A stretch of 64,000 nucleotides of DNA from Acidimicrobiia bacterium (GCA_965203555.1 CBDBCY010000004.1:288001-352000), one strand, 5' to 3'; counted from the first letter of the stretch, positions 11,801-21,773 are shown. Notes: a model not told the origin generated them from the sequence alone. Made by a program: numbers and translations.

Positions 11801-13357
11801 ATGGGAAAGATCACCTATGCCACCATGTCGGATGACGATCCGGCGCTCCACCAGGCTTACGAGGAGGGACTGGCTACCGCCAGCGAACAGATCGGGCAGA
11901 CTCATCCTCTCCTGATCAATGGTGATAGGCGGTACACCGAAGAAACTTATACAGAACGCTCTCCGATCGACTCGGAGTTGGTGGTGGGAGTCTACTCACA
12001 GGCCACCGATGACGACGTAGACGACGCGGTGGCCGCCGCACGGGCTTTCCAGGCGGAATGGGAGGCCACTGCTTGGCAGGAGAGAGTGGCGATCGTCCGC
12101 CGGGCGGCGGAGATCATGGAGGAGGAGACCCCCACTCTGGCAGGGTTCTTGAGTCTGGAGATCGGTAAGACCCGGCTCGAGGCTCTGGGCGACGTCTCCG
12201 AGGCCGTGGCTTTTGCCAACTACTACTGCGACCGGCTGGAGGAGGCAGGCGGTCTGGAGACTGCCATGGGCGACTACGGGATCGGGGACACCAACCGTTC
12301 GGTGCTGCGGCCCTGGGGAGTATGGGCGATCATCTCTCCCTTCAACTTCCCCATGGCCCTGGTGGCCAGCCCCACTTCGGCTGCTCTTCTCACCGGCAAC
12401 ACGGTGGTGCTCAAGCCCTCCAACACCGGGGCCTTGGGCGGCCTGTTGCTGGCTGATATCTTCTTCCGGGCCGGGCTTCCCTCCGGCGCCCTGCAGGTGA
12501 TAAGCGGCGGTGACGAGGCGGGTGACCGGCTCGCCCATCACGATCATGTCGACGGGGTCACCTTCACCGGCTCCTACGACGTGGGTATGTATCTGTACCG
12601 CACGGTGGCCAGCAGCCGCCCCAAGCCGGTGGTCTGCGAGATGGGTGGCAAGAACCCGGCGGTGGTCACTGCCTCCGCCGATCTCGACCTGGCCGCCGAG
12701 GGAGTGATGCGGGCCGCTTTCGGCCTGTCCGGACAGAAGTGCTCGGCCAACTCCCGTGTGTACGTGGAAAGACCTGCTTTCGAGGAATTCCTCGATCTGC
12801 TCACGCAGAAGACCGCCGAGATCGAGGTCGGAGATCCTCGCAACCGGGAGATCTTCCTGGGGCCGGTGATTGACCGGGAGGCGGTGGACCGTTTCCGCTC
12901 GGCGGTGGAAGCCGTCAGGGAAGCCGGGGGCGAGGTCCTGTCCGGAGGAGAAGTGGTGACCGAGGGCGACCTGGAGCGGGGCAACTTCGTGCAGCCCACC
13001 GTGGTTACGGCGCCGCAGGACACCTGGATCTGGGAGAAGGAATTGTTCGTTCCGTTCGTGGCGGTGACCGCGGTTGATTCTCTTGATGAGGGAATCGACA
13101 AGGCCAACGACAGCATCTTCGGACTCACCGCCGGGGTGTTTGCCGGCACCGACGAGGAAGTGAACCGGTTCTTTGAACGCATTCAGGTCGGCGTTGTCTA
13201 CGCCAACCGACGGGCGGGCTCCACCACCGGCGCCTGGCCCGACATCCAGCCCTTCGGAGGCTGGAAGGGTTCGGGCACCTCGGGCGCGGGAAGCGGTGGT
13301 CCGTGGTACATGCGATCCTACGTGCGGGAGCAGGCTCGGACGCTGATCCGGGAATGA
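11801..13357 (+). CDS. aldehyde dehydrogenase, delta-1-pyrroline-5-carboxylate dehydrogenase-like
   Basis: ISPFNFP, FTGS, EMGGKN, GQKCSANSR, ELFVP, TGA..QPFGGWKGSG. Confidence 0.88.
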   Translation: MGKITYATMSDDDPALHQAYEEGLATASEQIGQTHPLLINGDRRYTEETYTERSPIDSELVVGVYSQATDDDVDDAVAAARAFQAEWEATAWQERVAIVRRAAEIMEEETPTLAGFLSLEIGKTRLEALGDVSEAVAFANYYCDRLEEAGGLETAMGDYGIGDTNRSVLRPWGVWAIISPFNFPMALVASPTSAALLTGNTVVLKPSNTGALGGLLLADIFFRAGLPSGALQVISGGDEAGDRLAHHDHVDGVTFTGSYDVGMYLYRTVASSRPKPVVCEMGGKNPAVVTASADLDLAAEGVMRAAFGLSGQKCSANSRVYVERPAFEEFLDLLTQKTAEIEVGDPRNREIFLGPVIDREAVDRFRSAVEAVREAGGEVLSGGEVVTEGDLERGNFVQPTVVTAPQDTWIWEKELFVPFVAVTAVDSLDEGIDKANDSIFGLTAGVFAGTDEEVNRFFERIQVGVVYANRRAGSTTGAWPDIQPFGGWKGSGTSGAGSGGPWYMRSYVREQARTLIRE

Positions 13358-13358
13358 G

Positions 13359-14921
13359 TCAGCGGGTCGGCGGTTGGGAGTCGGCCAGGATCCGAAGAGC
13401 GGCGTTGCGGCCGCAGGCCGCGATGATGCTTCCTCCCGGGTGGGTGGAGGCGCCGCACAGGTAGACGCCATCCACCGGCGTGCGGTAGGGCATACGCTGG
13501 TCCCAGGCGTAGGCAGGCAGGTGATCACCCTGGAATATGTGCCCTCCGGTCAGCCCGGTCTTGGCCTCGATGTCGGGCGGTCCCACCACCTCGTGGTGCA
13601 GGATCGTGTCGGAGAACCCCGGTGACCACTCTTCGATCATGGAGATCACCCGCTGGCCGACCTTGTCCCGGTGGCGGTCCCAACTGTGACCGTCCGCCCA
13701 TGAGTAGGGAAGGTGCTGCACGAAGCAGGACAGCACATGGACTCCTTCCGGCGCCACGGTGGCGTCATATGCCGTCTGGGGATAGAGTTCGGCCCAGATC
13801 GGGCCCAGTTGCCCGCGGGTCGTGGCCCGGTGGGATTGATGGAGTCTCTCCATGCCGCTCCCGATGTCCACCATCGCCTTCGCCGAGTCGGCGAAGCCGT
13901 TGATAACCGGCAGGCGGGCGAGGGCGAAATTGACCTTTCCCACCGTTCCGACCATCGGCCAATTGGCCACCTTGTGGCCGAACCGCTCGGGTATGTGCGC
14001 ATCCACCATGGCAAAGGTCCGCCTCGGGTCGGCGCTGGAAGCCACCACCGGCGCTTTGATGCGTCGCCCGTCCTGCAGTTCGACGCCCTTTCCGGGAAGG
14101 ATGGCGCTTACCGTGGCGCCGGTGGCTATGGCGGCGCCGTGAGCGACTGCTGCGTTCCGGATGGCCTCGGCCACCCCGATCGTTCCGCCCCGGGGAAAGG
14201 CCCAGGTCATCACCGAAGGTCCGGCCAGCCCGCCCGAGGCGTGGTGGAATTTGACGAAGGCGGTGCCGGGGTCCCGGGGAGAGGCGTTGGTGCCGATGAT
14301 CCCGTTGGCGGCAATCGCATCCAGGACCCGCTCATCGGAGATGAAACCGCTCACCAGGTCTTCGAAGGACTGCTCGAACAGGGTGTGCATCACCCCCGGG
14401 TTGTTCCCCACCCGGTCGGCGATCATCTCCCGGGTGGGTGCTTCGTGCAGCCACAGGTCGTCGTCGTTGCTGGGTCGCAGCTTGGAGCGAATACCTTTGA
14501 GGTACTTGACCAGCGCTCCGAATCCTTTCACGTCCGAGGGTGCGGCCCACCGGCTCATCTCAGACCAGGTGCGATCCTCATCCAGGTAGTCGACGATCCC
14601 GATCCCCGGCTCGATCGGCACGTACAACTGCGGGTCGGGGAAAGTCAGATGCAGCCCCCGGGAGAAGAGGTCCAAGTCCTCGCAGATGCGAGGGTGGAGC
14701 AATCCCACCATGTAGGAGCAGGTGGAGATCGTCACCCCCGGCCAGGGCTCCTCGCTGCCGGTCGATCCTCCGATCCGGCGGCGCCTTTCCAGGACCACCA
14801 CCTTCTTGCCGGCCCGGGCCAGATAGGCGGCGGCAGTGAGCCCGTTGTGGCCGGCCCCCACCACTATCACGTCCCATTTGGTCTGATCCAAGCGCTCCGA
14901 GGAAGTGCCCGAATCTGCCAT
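13359..14921 (-). CDS. phytoene desaturase-family FAD-dependent oxidoreductase
   Basis: VVGAGHNGL.AA.YLA, ERR..IGG, GLTGGHIFQG, YLCGASTHPGG. Confidence 0.88.
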   Translation of the reverse strand: MADSGTSSERLDQTKWDVIVVGAGHNGLTAAAYLARAGKKVVVLERRRRIGGSTGSEEPWPGVTISTCSYMVGLLHPRICEDLDLFSRGLHLTFPDPQLYVPIEPGIGIVDYLDEDRTWSEMSRWAAPSDVKGFGALVKYLKGIRSKLRPSNDDDLWLHEAPTREMIADRVGNNPGVMHTLFEQSFEDLVSGFISDERVLDAIAANGIIGTNASPRDPGTAFVKFHHASGGLAGPSVMTWAFPRGGTIGVAEAIRNAAVAHGAAIATGATVSAILPGKGVELQDGRRIKAPVVASSADPRRTFAMVDAHIPERFGHKVANWPMVGTVGKVNFALARLPVINGFADSAKAMVDIGSGMERLHQSHRATTRGQLGPIWAELYPQTAYDATVAPEGVHVLSCFVQHLPYSWADGHSWDRHRDKVGQRVISMIEEWSPGFSDTILHHEVVGPPDIEAKTGLTGGHIFQGDHLPAYAWDQRMPYRTPVDGVYLCGASTHPGGSIIAACGRNAALRILADSQPPTR

Positions 14922-14985
14922 ACTGCCAGGATAGACAACCCCGCAGATCTGAGTCGGGTGCCTGAGGTATACTTCCCTGACCTTT

Positions 14986-15069
14986 GTCGGAGTGGCGGAA
15001 ATGGCAGACGCGCTAGGTTGAGGGCCTAGTCCTCCAAGGAGGGTGAGGGTTCAAGTCCCTCCTCCGACA
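14986..15069 (+). tRNA. tRNA-Leu(GAG)
   Basis: Acceptor GTCGGAG/CTCCGAC, anticodon stem CTAGG-TTGAGGG-CCTAG, long variable arm, T-loop TTCAAGT, discriminator A; CCA not encoded. Confidence 0.96.
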
Positions 15070-16402
15070 CCTTATCATGCTATGTTATCCCAGGTCAGAA
15101 GCCATATCGGCGTAGCAAGTATCAGTATCAGTGTACGAACGTGTTTTGTGATTTACGCCCCCGACCAAGTGGGCAAGTTGCTGCCTCCGTATCTGCTATT
15201 TGCTGGGGAGCAGGGTTAGGGAGGAGGTCCTTGGTTAGGGGTTGAGGCCTCGCTGGAATTAGGTGGTGTAAACAAAACCGCCTAGGAGGCTGCTGATTTA
15301 TTCGGGTGGTTGAGATGCTTGGTTTGGGGGGGGAGGGGTGGGTTGTGGGATAATTTTGGGGTATGTTGAGCGTTTTGATCGGGAGTTGTTGGACGCGATG
15401 GCGGTGTGCGGTGATCTGGTTCCGGAGGGGTCGGTTTACCGGTTTTTGGCCGAGCATCGGACTGGGGTGTTCCCGGATGGGTTGTTCGAGAATGTTGTTC
15501 GGCCCTCGGGGTCGTCCGTCGGTTCCGGGGTCGGTGGTGGTGATGGTGTTACAGGCTTTGGAGGGCCTGTCGGATCGGGAGGCGAATGGGTCGGTTGCGG
15601 TGTGATATTCGTTGGAAGGCCGCGGCGGGTTTGTCTCTGGTGGATGGGGGGTTTCATCCGACGGTGTTGACGCTGTGGCGGGCGAGACTACGCAAAAGTG
15701 AGACACCGGAGCGGATTTTCGACGCGGTTAGGAAGGTGGTGGACGAAACTGGGATATTGAGAGGTCGTCGCAGGCGGGTGTTGGACTCTACGATCTTGGA
15801 TGATGCGGTGGTCACCCAGGACACGGTGACGATGATCTGTGCCCAGATACGCAAGGTTCGCCGTGTGATATCCCGAGCGCGGCAGGTGGTGTTGTCTCGT
15901 GATCTGTGAACAGGCTGGTAAGCCGTCGTGTGATTGGTCGGATCCGCAGAGTCGTTCCAACCTGATCGACGGGTTGGTCACCGATGGGCAGGCGGTGTTG
16001 GACGCGGTCGGAGGTATCGATCTGGATGCTGGGCAGTCGGAGGCGGTGGGGTTGTTGGGGGTGGTGGTCGGCCAGGACGTGGAACCGGACCCCGACCGGG
16101 AGGGCAGATGGCGTATCGCTCGGCGGGTGGCTTCGGATCGGACGATCTCGGTGGTCGACTCGCAGGCTCGTCACGGACGCAAAACATCGTCGCAGCGTTT
16201 GCGACGGTTACAAGGCTCACATAGCGGCCGAACCGGAGACGGAGATCATCACCGTCGTTGAGGTCACCGCCGCCAATACCCCCGACGGGGAGACCGGTTT
16301 GAAGATGTTGGCGGGCGAACCGTCGGGCACAGAGGTCATCGCCGATTCTGCGTACGGATCAGGCAAGGTCCGCGCCCAGCTGAAAAAGAGCGGGCATACC
16401 GT

Positions 16403-17805
16403 GAGCCTGTATAAATGTTTGTGTGAGGTGGGTTCTCTGATTGCTTTGGCTGGTGAGAGTGCCGGCCGGAGAGGAGATTGAATGTCTGTTGATCATGTGA
16501 TACCGGAGCCGGCTGGTGTGGCTGCCGGGGTGGTGTCTGACGAGCTGGTGGATGCTGTGCTGGCTGATGCTGCTGCTGGTGGTGTGGATCTGCTTGGCCC
16601 TGACGGTGTGCTGCCCGAGTTGACCAAGCGGGTGCTGGAACGGGCCCTTTCTGAGGAGTTGACTGATCATTTGGGCTATGAGCACGGCGATCCGATCGGC
16701 CACGGCTCGGGTAACAGCCGCAACGGGACCACTCCCAAACAGGTCCTTACCGAGATCGGCGCGGTGGATCTGGACGTTCCCCGTGACCGCAACGCCACGT
16801 TCGAACCGAAGATCGTTCCGAAGGGCGCCCGGCGCCTGGAGGGTTTCAACGCCAATATCGTGGCCCTGTACGCCCGGGGTCTGTCCACCCGTGACATCCG
16901 TTCGGAGTTGAAGCGCATGTACGGTGTGGACGTGTCGCCGGCGCTGGTTTCGAAAGTAACGGATGGGATCGTCGAGGAGCTCACCGAGTGGCAGAACCGC
17001 CCGCTTGACCGCTGCTATCCCCTGCTGTACATAGACGCCATGGTGGTTAAGGTCCGAACCGACGGTACGGTCATCAACCGCCCAGCGTACATAGTGGTCG
17101 GGGTCGATGTGGAAGGAAGCAAACACGTCCTCGGTGTGTGGTTGGGCGACGGCAGCGAAGGCGCCAAGTACTGGCTGTCAGTGCTGACCGAGATACGCCA
17201 CCGAGGCCTGGAGGACGTGCTGATCGTGTGTTGTGACGGCCTGAAAGGACTCCCCGACGCGATTGAGGCCACCTGGCCTCAGGCGCTGGTCCAGACCTGT
17301 GTCATACACCTCCTGCGGGCCTCTATGCGGCTTTGCAGCTGGAAAGACCGCAAAATGGTGGTCAGAGGGTTACGGGCCGTGTACACGGCGGTGAACGCCG
17401 AGGCGGCCGCCCAGGCGTTGGACGAACTCGATGACCAGTGGGGAAACCGCTATCCCGGTGTGATACGAATATGGCAACGGGCGTGGGAAGAGTTCACCCC
17501 GTTCCTGCGGTTCCCTCCCGAGCTTCGCCGAGTGGTGTACACCACCAACCTGGTGGAAAGCGTTCACTACCAGTTGCGGAAAGTCACCAAAACCAGGGGC
17601 CATTTCCCCACCGACCAATCCGCTCTGAAGTTGCTGCGCCTGGCGGCTCGGAACATCGCCAACAAGAGAGGAGGAAACCTCGGCACCGGAACCCACGGCT
17701 GGAAACTAGCCCTCAACCAACTCGAAATCCACTTCCCCAACCGAATGAACTTAACCCACTAAAACCCATGAACCCACACCCTCACAAAGACAATTTGACA
17801 AGCCC
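16403..17805 (+). mobile_element. IS256-family insertion sequence, apparently intact
   Basis: Imperfect 26-bp TIRs (GAGCCTGTATAAATGTTTGTGTGAGG vs reverse complement GGGCTTGTCAAATTGTCTTTGTGAGG); perfect 8-bp target duplication CATACCGT at 16395-16402 and 17806-17813. Confidence 0.95.
16482..17762 (+). CDS. IS256 (Mutator-type) transposase
   Basis: SRNG..K, VPRDR..FEP, G.STRDI, LYIDA, CCDGLKG, QTCVIH, YTTN.VES; GGAG RBS. Confidence 0.96.
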   Translation: MSVDHVIPEPAGVAAGVVSDELVDAVLADAAAGGVDLLGPDGVLPELTKRVLERALSEELTDHLGYEHGDPIGHGSGNSRNGTTPKQVLTEIGAVDLDVPRDRNATFEPKIVPKGARRLEGFNANIVALYARGLSTRDIRSELKRMYGVDVSPALVSKVTDGIVEELTEWQNRPLDRCYPLLYIDAMVVKVRTDGTVINRPAYIVVGVDVEGSKHVLGVWLGDGSEGAKYWLSVLTEIRHRGLEDVLIVCCDGLKGLPDAIEATWPQALVQTCVIHLLRASMRLCSWKDRKMVVRGLRAVYTAVNAEAAAQALDELDDQWGNRYPGVIRIWQRAWEEFTPFLRFPPELRRVVYTTNLVESVHYQLRKVTKTRGHFPTDQSALKLLRLAARNIANKRGGNLGTGTHGWKLALNQLEIHFPNRMNLTH

Positions 17806-18608
17806 CATACCGTCACTGTCAAGCCCATACCCCAAAAGAGAAACCATCGGTTGGGTGTTGACCAGTTCACCCGTGACGATTTCGACGTGGATCACGACCG
17901 ACGGCAGGTGACCTGCCCGGCCGGGGTAACGGTGAATATCAGCCCGAAAGGACGGGTCCGGTTCGCAAAAGCCTGCACCGGTTGTGGTTTTCGGAGTCGT
18001 TGCACCACCAGCAAAAGAGGACGCCAAATGCTCATAGGTCCCCATGACCGTTTATTGGTGCTTGCCCGCCGAAAATGGAAAGATCCCCCACCAAACACCG
18101 GTAAACAAGTACCGGCCGACGGTCGAACGGCTGATCGCTTTGCTGGTCGCCAACGGCCACCGCAAACTCCGATACCGGGGAACAACCCGAAACCGACAAC
18201 AACTACACACCCGCGTAGCGGCGATCAACCTGCGCAGGCTCATCAACCTCAGACTGCACCCCACCACCACCGGATGGGCCACCAACCCCACTTAAACCCG
18301 GGGACCCCCACCAGAGAACAAGCAAACACTGGAGGACACCGGCCACCGCCCCCCGGAACCGGTGCGCCCACCGCTCCGCTCTTCGAGATCAAGCCCAGGA
18401 CCCACCACCACCCCAACACCAATACTCAGCAGCCTCCTAGGGGCTACCACGCCTCACAATTCCCGTTTCCGCATTGATCTATGGTCAGATGTCCTTCAAA
18501 ACATCCTGGTGCCAGAGGGATCATGGCCGAAAGGAGAGACAAACCGCCACCTCCTGTAAGCTAAGGTTAGGCGAGATGGTTCGGTTAGGTTAGATTGGGG
18601 GAAAGGTT

Positions 18609-19931
18609 GTGGGCCGTTATGTCTCTAGATATTGGCAGCCCCGGTTCGACGCTCCGGTAGCGAGAGAGAGACGCGGGGGACGCTATAAGGCGTTTGTGCC
18701 GGACTGTCTGGCTGGGTGGGCACCGCGGTTGTCGTTGGATGTGGTGGCGACTGCTGCGCAGGCCCAGGAGGCGTTAGCGGGATTGAACAGGCGGTACGCA
18801 GGGAGTGGCCCCCACCCGCTGGATACCTTCTCCCAGGTGCTGTTGCGGGTGGAAGCCGTTGCGTCGTCTCGGATAGAAGCCATTGAGCTTGCTCCTCGGC
18901 GGCTTCTCACAGCGGAGGCAGAACACCGCCAAGGGGGCCGGTCGTCGGATCAACGAGCGGTGGAGGTGTTGGCCAACATCGAAGCGATGGAAGAAGCGAT
19001 TCGCCTGGCGTCTTCGGGTGGGCCGCTACGGACCGATGATCTGTTAGAGGTGCACCGCCGGCTTTTGGCGCCGTCTATGCATCCCGGTTTGGGAGGCTGG
19101 GTTCGGGACATCCAGAACTGGATCGGCACGTCGGCCTACACGCCGGTGGGAGCGTCGTATGTTCCTCCGCCACCAGAGGAAGTTCCCACGCTCCTTGAGG
19201 ACCTTATGGCCTTTGTGAACCGAATGGATGTTCCGCCGCTGTTGCAGGCGGGAATAGCCCATGCACAGTTCGAGACCATTCATCCGTTCGCGGACGGCAA
19301 CGGCCGGGTTGGACGCGCGCTGATCCATGCCATCCTTCGGAGGAGGGGAGTCGCTCCTGAGTTCGTGCCCCCAGTTAGCGCGGTGTTGGCCAGATCCCGC
19401 GACGCCTACTTTGATGGCCTGTCAGCCTGGCGTCATGTGGGACCTGGTGACGACCCGGCGCGAGACCGCGGAGCAGAAGAATGGTTGGGTCTGTTCTTGG
19501 AGGCCACCCAAGATGCCTGCGGTGAGGCCCACGCCTACTTGCACGCTGTTTCCTCACTGGAGACAGACCTGCGCGCCCGAGCTGGGCCGGTTCGCAGAGG
19601 ATCGTCCACAGACCTCCTCCTGGGTGTGCTAGCGGCTTGTCCGATCTTCACCGTTAACTCGGCCGCTGAGATGATCCAACGATCTACAGTCGCTACCGGC
19701 CAGGCCGTGAATCAACTCGCCGAGTCCGGTGTGCTCAAAGCACGGATTGTCGGCAAAGCAAGGTACAGGGTGTTCGAAGCACCCGACGTCATCCGTCTCA
19801 TCACCCGGCTAGACAGAGACCTGTCGTTACAAAGCCCCGCCGGCCGGGAATCGCCGGCTCCGTTGGACGTTCCCAGCCAAGACCATCCCAAGCGGCCCTA
19901 CCGCTCCACAAGTTTCGATCTTGGCCTCTGA
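18609..19931 (+). CDS. Fic family protein
   Basis: Canonical Fic motif HPFADGNGRVGR preceded by HAQFETI; EAVASSRIE N-terminal motif; probable C-terminal HTH. Confidence 0.93.
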   Translation: MGRYVSRYWQPRFDAPVARERRGGRYKAFVPDCLAGWAPRLSLDVVATAAQAQEALAGLNRRYAGSGPHPLDTFSQVLLRVEAVASSRIEAIELAPRRLLTAEAEHRQGGRSSDQRAVEVLANIEAMEEAIRLASSGGPLRTDDLLEVHRRLLAPSMHPGLGGWVRDIQNWIGTSAYTPVGASYVPPPPEEVPTLLEDLMAFVNRMDVPPLLQAGIAHAQFETIHPFADGNGRVGRALIHAILRRRGVAPEFVPPVSAVLARSRDAYFDGLSAWRHVGPGDDPARDRGAEEWLGLFLEATQDACGEAHAYLHAVSSLETDLRARAGPVRRGSSTDLLLGVLAACPIFTVNSAAEMIQRSTVATGQAVNQLAESGVLKARIVGKARYRVFEAPDVIRLITRLDRDLSLQSPAGRESPAPLDVPSQDHPKRPYRSTSFDLGL

Positions 19932-19992
19932 GGTCTCCCAACTGAAACGAAGGGTCCAGACATTCCCCCGATTTGTGACCTAACCTGTCCGG

Positions 19993-21261
19993 TTACGGCC
20001 TTCCCACGGGGCCAGGACCGGGTGTGATCGATTCCTGGATGTCTTGCGGATCCGATGTTGACGGTGTTGCTATTGGGCTTTGTCTAATGATGGCATCGGC
20101 GATGTCGGAAGGGGCCAGGCCGGTGGTGTTGATGGTGAGGCGTTCTCCGCGCGGCGGTCGGTTTTCTTTAGGCGGGAATCGCCAATGGCCTGGTCGCTGT
20201 CGTAGCCGCTGATAACCCATCTCCGGGGGTATATCGAGTCGCACGGGAAAGAGATGGTGAGGTGACACCAATCGGGCGATCGTTTCTGTCCAGGGGGATA
20301 TGGAACTTAGCCATTCGGTGTCTAGGCCGGCCACTACCGTGTCGAACCCTTGGTCCATGAGTTCGGCAGCCAACAGCACTGCCGCTAGCGATGCAGAGGC
20401 TAAGGCTCCTTCCCACCTGTACCTGTTTTTGCCTTTTGCATCGTCTGATGGGACCGGGATGGTATCTGTTGGGGTGTGTTCAGGGAGGTGGTCTTGTGTG
20501 ATGCCTATGCCCCGTTTGATCGGGTCTGTGTCCACGACAGCGATTCCATGTTGACGGGCTAGGCATCTTGCCACCGTTGTCTTCCCGACAGCGGGTGGGC
20601 CTTGAAGGATGATCATGGTTCGCTTTCCCTTCCAGACCGAGTCTCGGCGCTGTTCAACGACTTGATACACCCAATCCTTCCAGCCAGTCCCAGTCACGTT
20701 GGGAGTAACCATATCCCAGGGGTGTGACATCCTCTCGACCGCTACCGAAGGTGAGGTGCATCTGGCCTCTTGGGCACCGGGGTCGGGTTCACCTGTGTCG
20801 AAAGGGCGGACCGGGTCACTAGGCCGACCTTTGGCCGGGGTCTGTTGGTTCTCCCGGGTGGTGATGGGTTTAACACTTCGTACGAGGCGCAATGCTGCCA
20901 GGTTGGCCTCGATGGGGATGATCTGTCCCGACGGGGGCGGACAGGTTGAGGCTGGCGGTTCGGCTAGTAGGGGGGCTTGGGTAGTTAACCGATTGATGGC
21001 AGTCATCAAGAAAAGCGAGGAACTCGTCGGTATCCAAGAAGACGCTGGTCCGACCCGATGCGAAGTCTCCAGTAGGATCAGGGTTTCTCCTGTGCTGGTG
21101 TCGAAATCCGCCACTGTCAGATGTTCGGTGTCCGCTTTGGTGGTGGGACTGGATTCCATGAGAGCTTTCCGAATCGTTCCCTCCTCCCCAATCATTATGT
21201 TCCCTCTCCCCCAATCGTTATATCGTTCCGGGGAAGACGGCGATCCTTCCGGGGAATTCAT
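19993..21261 (-). CDS. hypothetical protein with C-terminal P-loop kinase (AAA_33-like) domain
   Basis: IILQGPPAVGKTT..A..LA followed by VVDTD; N-terminal ~200 aa unrecognised; true start uncertain (possibly near 20616). Confidence 0.6.
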   Translation of the reverse strand: MNSPEGSPSSPERYNDWGRGNIMIGEEGTIRKALMESSPTTKADTEHLTVADFDTSTGETLILLETSHRVGPASSWIPTSSSLFLMTAINRLTTQAPLLAEPPASTCPPPSGQIIPIEANLAALRLVRSVKPITTRENQQTPAKGRPSDPVRPFDTGEPDPGAQEARCTSPSVAVERMSHPWDMVTPNVTGTGWKDWVYQVVEQRRDSVWKGKRTMIILQGPPAVGKTTVARCLARQHGIAVVDTDPIKRGIGITQDHLPEHTPTDTIPVPSDDAKGKNRYRWEGALASASLAAVLLAAELMDQGFDTVVAGLDTEWLSSISPWTETIARLVSPHHLFPVRLDIPPEMGYQRLRQRPGHWRFPPKENRPPRGERLTINTTGLAPSDIADAIIRQSPIATPSTSDPQDIQESITPGPGPVGRP

Positions 21262-21682
21262 GAACCCCTACAAGAAAATCCACGGTCGTCAGTTTGGTCC
21301 TGCCCTTGGACTCTCTTTCCCGCGCAAGCCGGTTTGCCTCTTCGTAGGCTTCGAGGTTGTTGACGCCTAAAGCGAAGTTCCGATAGTCCGACAGCCAGCC
21401 GTTGCGGACAGCCTCAACATAGCTTTTGCGGTACGACTCCACCCCGAACACCGTCTCGTCGTCCATGGTGCGGACAACGAAGTCCCCGGGCCGGTCCCTG
21501 CGACGATAGCTACTGTCGTAAATGCGGGGCGTAGTGGTCTGATACACCCGGTAGGTAGCAGAGCGTCCTTCTCCGATACCGAGGAAACAAGAGTTTCCCT
21601 GGTTACAGCGTGTTGCCGTCTGTCGGTTACCACCAGACCTACAGAAGAGGAGAGGTACTTTGACCGGCAGGTAGGGGATCAC
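21218..21682 (-). pseudogene. fragment of an SF2 helicase resembling type ISP restriction-modification enzymes
   Basis: RVYQTTTPRIY..MDDETVFG.E.YR.SY.EAV..GWLSDY resembles the TATPRIY..MDD..G..LSDY block of such helicases; no Walker A/B; both ends missing. Confidence 0.6.
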
Positions 21683-21773
21683 GATAGTTCACCACAGTCC
21701 ATTGGAACGTGGAGCGTGCCTCCTTTTGGTTGCAGAACACTGGCTAATACGAGTCTTGGAGAACCGAGGTTTG

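Larger units (their letters stand above)
15356..18295 (+). pseudogene. IS1182-family transposase, multiply frameshifted and split by IS256
   Basis: Fragments GRPS..VMVLQALEGLSDREA, RCDIRWKAAAG..FHPTVL, VLDST, DRTISVVD..ARHGRK, GYKAH, ADSAYG; after the IS256: FTRDDF..CPAG, C.GC..R.RCT, R..VER, AAINLRRL. Confidence 0.85.
15286..18436 (+). mobile_element. degenerate IS1182-family insertion sequence (interrupted by IS256)
   Basis: Terminal inverted repeats GAGGCTGCTGA at 15286 and TCAGCAGCCTC ending 18436; CTAG on both flanks (15282-15285, 18437-18440); transposase fragments across several frames. Confidence 0.85.

Noticed and set aside
14986-15069. Long-variable-arm tRNA as tRNA-Sec serving the selenoprotein
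   Set aside because: Anticodon is GAG with a normal 7-bp acceptor stem; it is tRNA-Leu.
15286-18436. Strong G/T-rich 5' versus C/A-rich 3' skew across the IS elements
   Set aside because: Visible, but a common compositional trait of IS elements in high-GC bacteria; no specific long pairing found beyond the TIRs.
21610-21650. Possible degenerate attR: translation CRSGGN matches a frame across the tRNA-Leu 5' end
   Set aside because: Nucleotide identity is low, it is inverted and matches the 5' rather than the 3' end of the tRNA; judged coincidence.
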